NCBI GenBank assembly: GCA_013416795.1
Contig: RQSC01000014.1
Span: forward strand, 141,510-205,509
Length of the DNA: 64,000 nt
From: Prasinococcaceae sp. CCMP 1430
Lineage: Eukaryota > Plantae > Prasinodermophyta
Direction: 5' to 3'
The position numbers and the translations under genes were made by a program. Of this stretch, positions 19,780 through 30,541 are shown piece after piece. Within the stretch, counting starts at the first letter, position 1. Every line of letters begins with the position of its first letter. A model generated the notes under the pieces. That model had not been told where the DNA came from. It saw nothing but the letters and a program-made list of their open reading frames with translations, and searched no databases.

Positions 19780-22041
19780 TCAGTCGTCCAACGAGCCGAT
19801 GCCTGCCGCAGCTGCACTCATCTGCCCCGCATCGTGCAGGTCGAGCTCACCATCGCCCACGCCGTCGTCACTGACCGTGCCGAAACCGTCGTCGTCGCTC
19901 TCGCCCTCATGGCGGTCCAGGACGATGGATGCAACGTCGTCCGAGTCGTCCTCACCGCCAAGGTCAGCGCTGGACCCCGCTTCGGCGACCGCGTAGCTTA
20001 CCTCTGACTCGAGGCCAACCATCGAGTTGGAACGCTTCAGCGAGGAGGCCAGGGCGCCGTCGCCAGAGGTGCTACCATACGTTGCGTCGCCCAGCGACGA
20101 GACGGTCGACAGCGCCCCACTGGACGCCACGTGCGGTATGCCCACCAGTGCGGCCTCTCCCTCGCGCACGCGCTGTTCGGGCGCCTCCGGCACGAGGGCG
20201 GTCGCCACAGCAACCTCACGGATGCGCGCCAGCACCTCCGGGTGCTCGCGCATGCCCACCTGCAGAGAGCGCTGGGAGAGCGAATAAAGCAATGCGTACG
20301 TGACTGCGCGCACGGTGGCGGGCCACCGCCCTTCAGCAAGGAGTTCCTTTTCGCCAAAGAAGCCGTGCGGGCCAATCTCGTCCACTTTCTCAACGTTGGT
20401 CAGGAAGCCACGCTCGTCCAGTGTGCCCGCGAGCGCGACTAAACGGCCGCGCTGGACGAAGTACATGCTATTGCCGCGAGCACCCTGGTGCACGATGACG
20501 TCATTCGGTGGGTGCACCTGTGGGCGCAACAGCGACGAGATGGCGACCAGCCATGCCTCGCCATTGACGGGGTCCGCAGCCACCTCGGTGAAGAGGCTGA
20601 CATTTTCGAGGGCCCCGCGCAATGTCTCAGAAGCGTGCGCCCACACGCCCTTCATGAGCGTCTGTGGCAAGCTGCTCAGCAGCTGCCGCTCACCGTGCAC
20701 GTCCGACATGGCGTTGCGCCTGAACGCGTAAAATTCGTTGATGCGCATGCGCAGGTCGCGTGTCGCGCTGTAGTGTGTGAGCAGCTCCTGCACATTATCC
20801 AGGTGTCGTTCTCGCCAAACAGAGGCGATGTTGTTGTTGGCGATCATGTCGCACACCTGTAGCACGAAGTAGAAGTACGCTAGGCTGCCGAACAGCATCG
20901 TGCCAGCGCAATATGCCTGCTCCACCCCCGTGGTCGCGCTGATATTGCCGTAGCCCGTGGTGGACATGGTCATGACGCTCCAATAGAGCGCAGTGATGTA
21001 CTGCGTGGTGCGTGAGGCCTCGCACAGTGGCTCACCGCGCGCGAATTGGGTCGACACCCACGAGCCGTCGCACAGCCCATCCTGCTCGCCGATGTACCAG
21101 AATACACACGCATTGATGTGCGCCGCCACCAGCATCAGCGCGGCAAAACGAACGATCAGGCGAAAGCTCGAGCGCGCGCTTAGCCACCAGCCGCTCGCAA
21201 TGTCGCCGAGGTGGTCTGAGGACGACATGCTCACGCGAACTATCCGCAGCAGGCGGATGAGCTTAGCCTCCGCAAAGCCCTCGGCGTCACTGACAGCGGG
21301 ATTCATGGCCTGTAAAGTGTCGAAAGGGAAGGCAATCAGCACGTCCATGAAGAGCCATGTGCGCGTATACATCCGCGCGACATGCGCAGGATCGAGGTCG
21401 ACCTCGCCATCGGCGTCAATGACACCCGTGGCGAAATTGAAGGGCACCTCGAGAACAAAAATCACGTCGATCAACACATAGAGTGCCAGCTCTGCTGGGG
21501 TCGGCGAGTGCGCGCCCACGAAGGCCACGCGGAAGGGAAGCACGAGCGTCTCAAAGGCGAGAGCTACGAGCATCGTCCGCGACCACACCCTCCGCAGCGG
21601 GCTGCGCGGGTGCATCATGAAGCGCGAGACGGCCTCCAGCACGTCGCCGGTGAAGGCATCGACGTGGTGGAAGGATCTCGTGAGCAAGTCGGATATGGAC
21701 GCTCGTCGTGGGCGCGTTTGTGCTCGCGCGCGGCGCAGGATGGAATCCCTGCGATGCGGCGAAGCGGCCAACGAGGGCTGAGCCGCGAGGCCGTCCCCCA
21801 CGTCCGCGCACTGCTCGGCGTCGAGCATTGTCCGCCCCATTTCGAACGACGATCGCCGCCGAACCCCCCTGCGCGAGTCGGACGACGACTCGTCCGCCCT
21901 GCCCGTCACCTCATCGAGGCCGTCTGCCGCCGAGGTCACACGCCGCATGCCCGCTGCGTCGCCGAGGCCGTCGGGCGCCGCGCCGGGCGACCCCTCGACG
22001 AGCGCTGGCGACGACAAGGTGCGACGCCAGCCCGCGGACAT
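19780..22041 (-). CDS. Voltage-gated cyclic-nucleotide-binding-domain cation/K+ channel (KCNH/HCN/Shaker-like)
   Basis: S1-S6 helices, S4 KLIRLLRIVR, pore YWSVMTMSTTGYGNI, C-linker, and CNBD (IVHQGARGNSMYFVQRG..FFGEKELL..ATVRA). Confidence 0.9.
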   Translation of the reverse strand: MSAGWRRTLSSPALVEGSPGAAPDGLGDAAGMRRVTSAADGLDEVTGRADESSSDSRRGVRRRSSFEMGRTMLDAEQCADVGDGLAAQPSLAASPHRRDSILRRARAQTRPRRASISDLLTRSFHHVDAFTGDVLEAVSRFMMHPRSPLRRVWSRTMLVALAFETLVLPFRVAFVGAHSPTPAELALYVLIDVIFVLEVPFNFATGVIDADGEVDLDPAHVARMYTRTWLFMDVLIAFPFDTLQAMNPAVSDAEGFAEAKLIRLLRIVRVSMSSSDHLGDIASGWWLSARSSFRLIVRFAALMLVAAHINACVFWYIGEQDGLCDGSWVSTQFARGEPLCEASRTTQYITALYWSVMTMSTTGYGNISATTGVEQAYCAGTMLFGSLAYFYFVLQVCDMIANNNIASVWRERHLDNVQELLTHYSATRDLRMRINEFYAFRRNAMSDVHGERQLLSSLPQTLMKGVWAHASETLRGALENVSLFTEVAADPVNGEAWLVAISSLLRPQVHPPNDVIVHQGARGNSMYFVQRGRLVALAGTLDERGFLTNVEKVDEIGPHGFFGEKELLAEGRWPATVRAVTYALLYSLSQRSLQVGMREHPEVLARIREVAVATALVPEAPEQRVREGEAALVGIPHVASSGALSTVSSLGDATYGSTSGDGALASSLKRSNSMVGLESEVSYAVAEAGSSADLGGEDDSDDVASIVLDRHEGESDDDGFGTVSDDGVGDGELDLHDAGQMSAAAAGIGSLDD

Positions 22042-22331
22042 CGCGTGCCGCGTGCCCGCTCCGCCATCGAGGCCGTCAGCGTCCGCTCCGGGCGGCGCCA
22101 CGACCATTGCCCTGCCGGCGCGGCGCGAGCCCCCTCACCGCTCCGCTCGGACACCGCCGGCGGGCCGGCAGGGGCCGGCCCGCCCTGACGGGTGCGCTGA
22201 GTGGCTCCCCCGAACCCACACGGCGAAACCGTGTGGCCCCACTCGAACTCGGCACGCTCCCGCCCGTGCCACATTGTGCGCGCTGCGCCCCCCCTCCCCC
22301 AACACACTCCCCTTTCCCGCACGGCGCGGCC

Positions 22332-22645
22332 ATGGTGCTGCGCGCGGGGCGTGCCGCCGCGTCAGCAGCGTCGGCGGCCGCGCGGCTGCTCGCGTCGCAG
22401 CGGCGCGGCAAGCTGCTCGCCTTTCCCGCGATCTGCTTCCGCAGCAGGCAACGCCGGCGGCGCCTGCGGCAGCGGCTGGGGCGCGGTCTGCGGCCGCGGG
22501 GCCGTCGACGACAGCGCACGACCACTTCCCCAGGCTTCGAGTCTCGCAGGAGGAGATGGACGCCGTCATGGTGAGGCCGCGCCGCGCGCCCTGCAGCGCG
22601 TTCGCGCTGCGGGCACGCGCGGGCGCGCTGGGGGCGCACTCCTGA
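22332..22645 (+). CDS. Possible KGD4/MRPS36-like small mitochondrial protein with an apparent 1-nt frameshift
   Basis: Presequence-like MVLRAGRAAASA..KLLAFP. A second frame gives ..FPRLRVSQEEMDAVM followed by a GTGAG donor. The frames join if one C is added at tttcccgcg (about 22425). Confidence 0.35.
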
Positions 22646-22864
22646 CCCTGCACCACTCCCGCTCCTGTTACCCCGCATGCGTCCGCGCCCGCCGCGTGAG
22701 CAGCACGGCGACGCGTCGTCGTGAATGCGCAGCGCGACTCAAGCAGCAGCGCGGCGCTCGCGCGCGGCGCGGCGCCCGGGGCCCTAGATGGTAACGGCCA
22801 ACGCCGAGGTAGTGTACAAGGGGCACATGCGCGCGCACGCCGCAGCTAAGCGCTGGCGCGGAGC

Positions 22865-24520
22865 TCAGCCCTTCTTCTTGGGCGGTGGCGGGCGCATGCC
22901 CCCCGGCGGTAGCACGATGCCCGTGCCGCCGCTGCCGCCCGCTCCCACGCGGCTGAAGCCGCCGATCTCCGAGAAGTAGCCAGACTCGTCGCCTGCTTTG
23001 GCGCTGCGCATGCCCGGGAGCTGGTTGGGATTGGCGAGCTCGATGCCCTGCACGGGCGTGAAGGCGATCGACGACAGGCCGTGTGTGGCCGTGCCGGACC
23101 CGCCCGGCGCGAAGGTGGGGCCCTTGTACTTGCCCATCTGCTTGCGCTTCTCGAGCTTGGCGCCCAGCTTGGACGCCTTGGCCGTCACGCGCAGGCGTTT
23201 GTTGCCCTCGGTGCCCAGCATGCCCAGCCCCACCATCTCGTCGCCGTCGATGACCTCCTGCTCCTGCTTGCCAAAGGCGAGGCGGTTCTGCGCCTTGGCC
23301 ATCTCGGTGGTGGCGTAGTTCTCCTTGCGCGCGCGCAGGCGCTTGCCGCCGCGTTTCTTGGCTGTCTTTTCTATGGGCGCGGGCAGCGCCTTGGCGACGC
23401 GCGCGGGCGCAGCCTCCTGCCACTTGTCCCCCTTGGCCTGCAGCTGAGCGAGCATGTCGCGGCCGGCTTCCCCCAGCGGCGACGAGCGGCTCGCGTCCAC
23501 GCGTGCCATGAGCGTTGCCTTGCCGCTCAGCACGCGGAACGCCCGCGTGCGCAGAGAGGGCGGCACGCCCTGCACGAAGTCGCTGTGGAAGATGAAGCCG
23601 ACGTGCGGGTTGCTGCCGGCCGTCGCGTTGGTGGACAGGTACTGGCCCTGCATGCGCCCGCCCGACGCACCGCGCTGCTTGCTGCGCGCGTTGCCCAGGG
23701 TCTGCAGGTTGCCGGCCGGCATCCGCGCCAGCGCCTGCAGCGAGCCCGCGGCCGCGATCAGGTTGGATGCGACGGCCGAGCCGACGAGTGCGGTGAGGTT
23801 GGGCGCGATGCGGCAGAGGTTGTCGCTGATGAAGTCCACGATGCGCTTGCGCTGCTCGCCCAGAGCGAGCAGCTCGTCGGCGGCCGCCATCGTCTTGGCG
23901 AGTTGCTCCTCGGAGAGCCTCTCGCCCGCGGTGGTCGTTGCCGTCACGACGAGCACCATAGCGGTCGAGCTCGGCAGGATGGCCGAGAAGTCCAGGTCTG
24001 TGAGGTCGGTCTCGTTGCCGATGGCTTTGACCGTGCGCGCGTAGTCGAGCGGGTCCGTCACCAGCGACTCTAGCTCGCCGAACTTCGGCGCGTACAGCGA
24101 GGTGAGCAGGCCGTGCACAGTGAGCACCTCGGCGTCGACGTCGGCAAGCATGTCGTTGCACTGCGCGATGAGCGCGTACAGCGGCGCGTCGCTATCCAGG
24201 GGCGGCGGCGCAGCACCTGCGGCGGTAGCCGCGGCGGCACGCTTGCTCTCATCCTCGGCCGCCCCCAGCTTGGCTGCGAACGCACCGAACTTGGGCGACC
24301 GCAGCAGCGTCGCGAGCGACCCGAGCGAGCGCTGCGCGGCGGGCGCGGCGACAGCACGCAGCATCGCGGCGTCGCCACCGTCCTCACGCTCGTCCATGTC
24401 GTCGGCGTCGCCGACATCACCCGCCGCGGCCGCGTAGTCCTCCTCCTCCTCGTCCGAGAGCGCATCCAGGTCGTCCAGGAACGACGCTGGCATGACGCCC
24501 GGCGGCTGCTGCTCGGCCAT
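22865..24520 (-). CDS. PRPF31: U4/U6 snRNP protein Prp31
   Basis: SFLDDLDAL, NOSIC/Nop domain (IAPNLTALVGS..MPAGNLQTLG), KKRGGKRLRARKE, NRLAFG, SSIAFTPVQGIEL. Confidence 0.95.
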   Translation of the reverse strand: MAEQQPPGVMPASFLDDLDALSDEEEEDYAAAAGDVGDADDMDEREDGGDAAMLRAVAAPAAQRSLGSLATLLRSPKFGAFAAKLGAAEDESKRAAAATAAGAAPPPLDSDAPLYALIAQCNDMLADVDAEVLTVHGLLTSLYAPKFGELESLVTDPLDYARTVKAIGNETDLTDLDFSAILPSSTAMVLVVTATTTAGERLSEEQLAKTMAAADELLALGEQRKRIVDFISDNLCRIAPNLTALVGSAVASNLIAAAGSLQALARMPAGNLQTLGNARSKQRGASGGRMQGQYLSTNATAGSNPHVGFIFHSDFVQGVPPSLRTRAFRVLSGKATLMARVDASRSSPLGEAGRDMLAQLQAKGDKWQEAAPARVAKALPAPIEKTAKKRGGKRLRARKENYATTEMAKAQNRLAFGKQEQEVIDGDEMVGLGMLGTEGNKRLRVTAKASKLGAKLEKRKQMGKYKGPTFAPGGSGTATHGLSSIAFTPVQGIELANPNQLPGMRSAKAGDESGYFSEIGGFSRVGAGGSGGTGIVLPPGGMRPPPPKKKG

Positions 24521-24587
24521 CGCCGCACCCCGCGCGCCGCCGCCGAGCCTCGCGGCAGCGCGCACCGCTGGACGGTCAGGGTCAGGG

Positions 24588-24923
24588 TCAGGAGAAGCGG
24601 CGGGAGGCCCGAGCGCCCCGACCCACGGCGCGCGCGACGGCTGAAGCAGTATCTCGACCACAGAGAGTGAGGAACGTCATGTCGAACAGCGCAACGTCTG
24701 ACTCAGCGCCGAGCTCTGCGAGCAGCACAGAGCTGGCGCCCTCGGACGACGACCTGGGGGAAAATGGCAGCGAAAGAGACGCGTGCCGCGCGCACTCGCG
24801 TACGAGCAGCCTGAGCAGTGCGGCGTGCACCGAGTGTCCCATTTGCTCGGAACCCTTGCGCATCGCGCAGGCAATGCCTCCTCTCAGAGGCAACGACGGC
24901 CGTGGAGGCGACGGCCAGCGTGN
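24588..24923 (-). CDS. 3' fragment of an unidentified gene, truncated at the N at 24924
   Basis: Open, protein-like frame (HSVHAALLRLLVRECARH..VALFDMTFLTLCG) ending at TGA 24588, just upstream of PRPF31. Confidence 0.3.
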   Translation of the reverse strand, partial: XRWPSPPRPSLPLRGGIACAMRKGSEQMGHSVHAALLRLLVRECARHASLSLPFSPRSSSEGASSVLLAELGAESDVALFDMTFLTLCGRDTASAVARAVGRGARASRRFS

Positions 24924-24924
24924 G

Positions 24925-27040
24925 AGCGCCAGCGCGCTGGCGGCGCCACGCGCGCCGCGCCGCGCGTCGTGTGCGCACTGCCACTCGGCGTCGCGGCAGC
25001 CGCTGGCGTGGACGCGCTCGCGCAGCTTGCCGCCGCATGCGAGGCACATGCGCAAGGCCCTAACGTGGGGGGCATGGTGGCCGAGCGCGACGCAGGCGCG
25101 CCCGCCTCCGCCCCAGCGCTCGCGCTGGACGCCGCCACCGTGAGCAGCGCGCGCCTCCGTGCGCGCTTCACGCTGCTTTCGCCCGACCCGACGGATGTGC
25201 TCGCGGTGCTGGACGCAGCGTCGGTGGCAGACGTGGTGCTGCTCGTGGTGGACGCGCCGGGCGCCAGTGAACTCTCGCACAAGACGGGCGCCGCTGCCGC
25301 AGAGAATGTGTGCGTGGTGAGCGAGGCCGTGCGCCCAGCGCTGCGCGCGCTCTGTGCACAGGGCGTGCCCGCGCTCGCCGTCGCGCTGCGCGGACTTGCG
25401 GCACTGCCGCCCACGCAGCGCAACACGAGCAAAAAGGCGGCGCTGGCGGCACTCGCGCGGGACGCAGTCCTTGGCGAACCCGACAAGGCTTTCCCCGCCG
25501 ACACGGCAGCCGACTGGCAGCTCGCCGCGCGCGCACTCTCCGAGCTGCGTCCTCGGCCGCCCGCGTGGCGCTGCGGAGGACGCGCGTACGTGCTCGCGCA
25601 CAGGGTGGGCTTCGAGGCCGGCGCCACGGCGGTGGCGGAGGGCGCTGACGCGCCGCCGGCGGACGCGGCGGTGGGCACGCTCGTGTTGGAGGGGTACGTG
25701 CGCGGTGCCGACATGCACGCCGGGCAGCTCGTGCACGTGCAGGGTGCCGGCGACTTTGCAGTCACGAGCGTGGATGCCGCCGACGAGCCGGAGGGAGCGG
25801 CAGGGGCGGCGCAGCGCAAGTCGGGGGGCGACGTCGCCATGGGCGGCGGTGCGGGCGCGGGGGGTGGCACCTGCGGGGGCGATAGGGTGTTGAGCGTCCC
25901 GTCCTCATCGAACCGCCACCTGCTGATGGTGGAGAATGAGTACGATGAGTTGCAGAACGAGCAGACGTGGCCGACGGCGGAGGAGCTTGAGGCCGCCGAC
26001 CGCGAAGCCGCGGCGCGATCGCAGGGGCGGCGGCGAGTGCCCAAGGGCACGAGCTCGTACCAGGCGCCTTGGCTACTGTACGAGGAGGGAGACGAGGAGG
26101 GCGGCGCCGACGGCATGGACGACCATATGGGCGGGATGGAGGAGGATGGTGTTGAGTCTGAGCCGGAGGAGCTCGTGTCTGAGCCCGAGGACGACGGGGT
26201 GGGCGCGGGCGGCGGCGGAGACGCCGACGGCATGGTCACCGATGGCGAGCTGCGGGAGTCGGCGGAGCGTGTCGCGGCCGCGCACGCTGCGCGTGCCGCC
26301 GAGCTCGCCGAGCGGCGTGCGTTGGCCGAGGCAGGTGAGGCGGAGTACCCCGACGAGGTGGACGCTCCGCTCGACCGCCCGGCGCGCCACCGCTTTCAGA
26401 AGTACCGCGGCCTCAGATCCATGCGCACTGGCGAGTGGGACCCGAAGGAGATGCTTCCGCTCGAGTACGGGCGCATCTTTTCGTTCCGCTCTTTCGCGCA
26501 GGCCCGCGCGCGCGCACAGAAGGAGGCCGCAGCGCTCATCGATGGCGAGCCCTCGGCGGCGGAGCAGCAGGAGGACGGCGACAGCATGACTGATGGTGCC
26601 GCGGCTGGCGCACACGTGTCTCCCGGCACGTTCGTGCGCATCCGCGTGGCCAACGTGCCCGCTTCGGCCGCACAGGCGCTCGTGGAGGCCGTTTGCGGCG
26701 GCGCAGAGGGCGTGGCAGCCGTGCAGGCGGGCGCGCTGGCGCCAGCGCGCGAGTGCCTCGTATGCGTGGCACTGCTCAACCACGAGACAAAAGTGAGCGT
26801 CGCGCACTTCCGTGTGACCAAGGCGCGCGGCTGCTCTTACCCCCTGGCGTCCAAGCAGGTGCTCTACGTGCGCTGCGGCTTCCGTCGCTTCGTGACGCGC
26901 CCCATCTTCAGCGACGACGGGCTGCGTTCAGACAAGCACCGCTACCTGCGTTTTCTCCCGCAGCACGGCACGGCTGTGGCCACGTGCTACATGCCTATCT
27001 CCTTCCCCTCAATGCCCGTGCTGGCGTTCGCGCCGCGCGA
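24925..27040 (+). CDS. TSR1: Pre-rRNA-processing protein TSR1 (5' end truncated by N; C-terminal segment apparently missing)
   Basis: VLDAASVADVVL, LEGYVRG..LVHVQGAGDF, EQTWPTAEEL, VPKGTSSYQAPW, YPDEVDAP..ARHRFQKYRGLRSMRTGEWDPKE, CGFRRF. Confidence 0.9.
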
Positions 27041-28412
27041 CGCGGCCGCCGAGGCAAAGCTCGCCAAGAAGTGCGAGCTCTACCGCGCGCTCTCGAGGAA
27101 GGTGCTCAGCGCGGCTGCGGCAGGCGCGCGGTCGGAGGCGGCGTGGGCGGCCGCGGGCTCGCTCGCCGAGCTCAATCCGGACTGCTACACGGCGTGGGCG
27201 CTGCGCAAGCGCTGCCACCTCGCGCTCGTGCACGCCAACTCCGACGCCGAGCGCACGCTCGTCGCCGATGAGAAGAGGCTCACCGAAGCCGCGCTGCGGC
27301 GCAACCCCAAGGCATACTCCGCATGGCTGCACCGCCGCTGGCTTTCCGCACGCACGCTGGCCGCCGGCGATGCTGCGCGCGAGCTGCTGCTCTGCAATGC
27401 CATGCTTGACGCCGACGAGCGCAACTTCCACTGCTGGGGCTACAGACGCTTCGTGGTGTCGCTCGCGTCGGGGGAGGTGGGTGGAGGCCCGGGCGCGACA
27501 GACAGCGGCGAGCCCACCGCTGCGAGCGAGCTCGCGTACGCTCGCCGGCGCATCGCGGCAAATTTCTCGAACTACTCGGCGTGGCACGCGCGGTCGGCCA
27601 ACCTCACGGAGCTCGAAGCCAGCACTGCGGGAGGCGGGGGCGAGGACAACGCGGTGGACGTCGACGCCGAATTCGAGCTCGTGAAGGGCGCGTTCTTCAC
27701 AGATCCGGAGGACCAGAGCGCATTTTTTTACTATCGCTGGCTCATAGGGCGCACCCTGCGTGCCGCAGCTGTGGGCGCGAGCGGCACGTCGGCGGGCATC
27801 GCCGCGGAGGTGCTCGAGCGTGAGGTGGCGTCGATTCGCGAGCTACTCGAGATGGAGCCCGACTCGAAGTGGGCGTCGCTCACGCTCGCTCGGCTGCAGG
27901 CCGCGCGCGCGGCGCTCCCCGGCTGCGACGAGCGCGAGGCGCAAGCCATGAAGGCCGAGACCGCGCGCTTGCTGGACGGGCTCGCGCGAAGCGACCCCAT
28001 GCGCGCAGGCTACTACGCTTCCTCCGCGGAGGCGCCGTGGGAGAGCCAGGCCGCGGCGCTTTGCGGGGACAGCACGAGCGCCGGGGCGCAGCGGGGTCGA
28101 GGCTCGAACAGCACCGTCGCAACCAAAGGCGTCAATGGCGCCGTGCCGAGCTTCGAGCAGCGCGAGGCTGTTCGCCGCAGGCTTGCAGCCAACATCGAGG
28201 CCATGGTGTTCTTCTCGCCGGCGGGCGGCGCCGCTGGCGGGGACGGCGCGCCCGCGCCGGGCGCTGACAACAACAACGCGTACCGCGACGCCTCCAACGC
28301 CGACGTGGAAGCCGAGGCGCGCGACATCGAGGCGATGGCCGCCCTCGGCGCCGCGTCCTCCGGCGGTGGCTACACCGCCGCGATCGCCGCCGACGCCGCA
28401 CGCGCCGTCGCG
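27041..28412 (+). CDS. RABGGTA: Rab geranylgeranyltransferase type II alpha subunit (in frame with TSR1 in this assembly)
   Basis: PPTA repeats: LNPDCYTAWALRK, RNPKAYSAWLHRRW, DERNFHCWGYRRFV, NFSNYSAWHARS, AFFTDPEDQSAFFYYRWL, DPMRAGYY. Confidence 0.88.
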
Positions 28413-28481
28413 NNNNNNNNNNNNNNNNNNNNNNNNNNNNNNNNNNNNNNNNNNNNNNNNNNNNNNNNNNNNNGCGGCTGA

Positions 28482-30390
28482 GACTGGGGCGGCGGCGGCG
28501 AAGGCGGCGGCGGCGGCGGCGAAGGCGGCGGCGGCGGGGGGCCCTTCACGCGGGTGCTGCGGTGGAGCAACCTCTACGAGAGTGCGCCGATGTACAAGAC
28601 CGACCAGGGCGCCTTCCTGAATGCGGCTGTCCTGGTGGAGACCAACTTACCGCCGCACGTGCTGCTGACGCTGATCAAGCGCATCGAGGCCGACGCCGGC
28701 CGCGACTTCGGCGGTGAGCGCTTCGGCCCGCGCGTCGTCGACCTCGACATCGCGACCTACGGCGACCGCCGGCTGTGGACGCACCGCCTCGAGGTGCCGC
28801 ACGAGAGATTGCACGAGAGGGACTTCGTGCTCGCACCGCTCAACGATCTGAGGCTCGGGAGCCTGCCTGAGCAACAGCGAGGCGACCTGTTCCGCCCCTT
28901 CGCAGCCCGTGCCACAGCCAGCGCGCGCGATGCCTCACGGGCGCAGTCCCCATTCCTGTGGGAGGCGGAGGAGTGCGAGGCGCTCGGCCGCGTCGCGCAC
29001 GCATGGCAGCGGGCCGGGGGCGAGCTCCGCGGCGTCGGTGGTGCCGGGCTGCGCCGCGTTGTGCCGTTGGGGGGCGTGATGTGGGCGCACGAGGAGCAGC
29101 CGCTCGTTATGGGTGTTCTCAACCTCACGCCGGACAGCTTTTCGGACGGCGGCAAGCCGCCCTCGCACGGAGTGGCTGCAGCGCTCGCCCACGCCCACGC
29201 GCTGGCAGACCGCGGGGCGAGCGTCATTGACATAGGTGGGCAGTCCACACGGCCCGGGGCCGAGCGCGTCTCTCCCGACGAGGAGGCTGCGCGAATACTA
29301 CCTGCAGTCAAGGTGCGGGCGCGGCCGAGGCGGCAACCATGCGCGCGCGCGCGTGCTCGCCCTCGCATGCGCTCGTGTTAGGCGGGTAGAGAGGGATCTG
29401 ACACTGCCTCTCTTTCGTACGTGTACCGCATGGCCTCTCTCGCGAGCCCAGGCAATCGCCGCCGACCCACGGCTGGCCTCAGTGGGCGTGACGGTGTCGG
29501 TGGACACCTTCTACGCGTCCGTCGCACAGGCAGCCATTGACGCGGGCGCACACATCATCAACGATGTCAGCGGCGGGCGCTTCGACCCGAAGATGTTTGC
29601 CACCCTCGCCAAAAACCCCAACGTGGCGTACTGCCTCATGCACTCTCGCGCGGATCCGAAGACCATGCAGCAGCCTGACAACCTGGTCTACAGCGCCGGG
29701 GTGGTCAGCGGCGTGGCTGAGGAACTTCAGTCCGCCGCGCTGCGCGCGCACGCAGCAGGCGTGTCGCCGTGGCAGCTGTGGCTAGACCCAGGCGTGGGCT
29801 TCGCCAAGACACACACACAGTGCGCTGAGCTCACCGCAGGCGTGGATGCGCTGCGCGCGCGGCTGCGCGGCGGCGCGCTCCAGCGCGCGCCGGTGCTGGT
29901 TGGCGCTTCGAGGAAGGGCTTCCTCAACACCGCAGCAGGTGGAGCTCTGCCCCGGCCGGACACGCGCGACGCAGCCAGCGGCGCAGCATCGGCCATCGCG
30001 GCGGCTGCGGGTGCAAACGTGCTCAGGATGCACGATGCGGCGGAGGGTGCCAGCGCGGTCGCGGTCGGAGCGTTCGTGCGTCGCGCACAGCGCAGTGCGG
30101 CGAAGGCGGCGGCGGTCGGGCGCCCAGGCGCCGCTGACGGCGGCGTGGCGCGCGCCACGTTGCGCGAATGTGGCGCGTTCGACGCGCTCGACGAGAGTGC
30201 CGAGGCAGACCCCTTCGAGGGCGACGACGAGGGCGATGCGCCTACTATCGACGGCGAGGCAGTATATGACGATTCCACGGGCGTGGACAGCCTCGACGAG
30301 GATGGAGACGATTGGGATCGCGACGATGACCTGGACGCTATGGAGTTCGAGGACGATGTTCCGGACGACAGTTTCAAACAGCGCCCCTGA
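28482..30390 (+). CDS. Bifunctional HPPK-DHPS folate synthesis enzyme (5' end in gap; intron 29313-29451)
   Basis: HPPK motifs: LYESAPMY..FLNAAV, RFGPRVVDLDI, LEVPHERLHERDFVL. DHPS motifs: MGVLNLTPDSFSDGG, DIGGQSTRPGA, SVDT, INDVSG, LDPGVGFAK, GASRKGF, LRMHD. Confidence 0.93.
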
Positions 30391-30541
30391 CTCTCCGCTC
30401 GGGCTGCCCGCTCTGCGGTCGGCTAATAATACTTCTACGGGCATGCGATACCACCTCTAGCTAGCTGATAGCTACTCATCGCGCGGCGTGCAAGCCGGTG
30501 CGTTTGCAGTGCTGCACAGCGCCCCCTCACGCGCATGCGCG

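Noticed and set aside
28479-28481. In-frame TGA upstream of HPPK as a second Sec codon
   Set aside because: It is adjacent to an N-gap and GGC repeats, not at a catalytic Cys position, and no SECIS was seen. A gap-edge error or intron is more likely.
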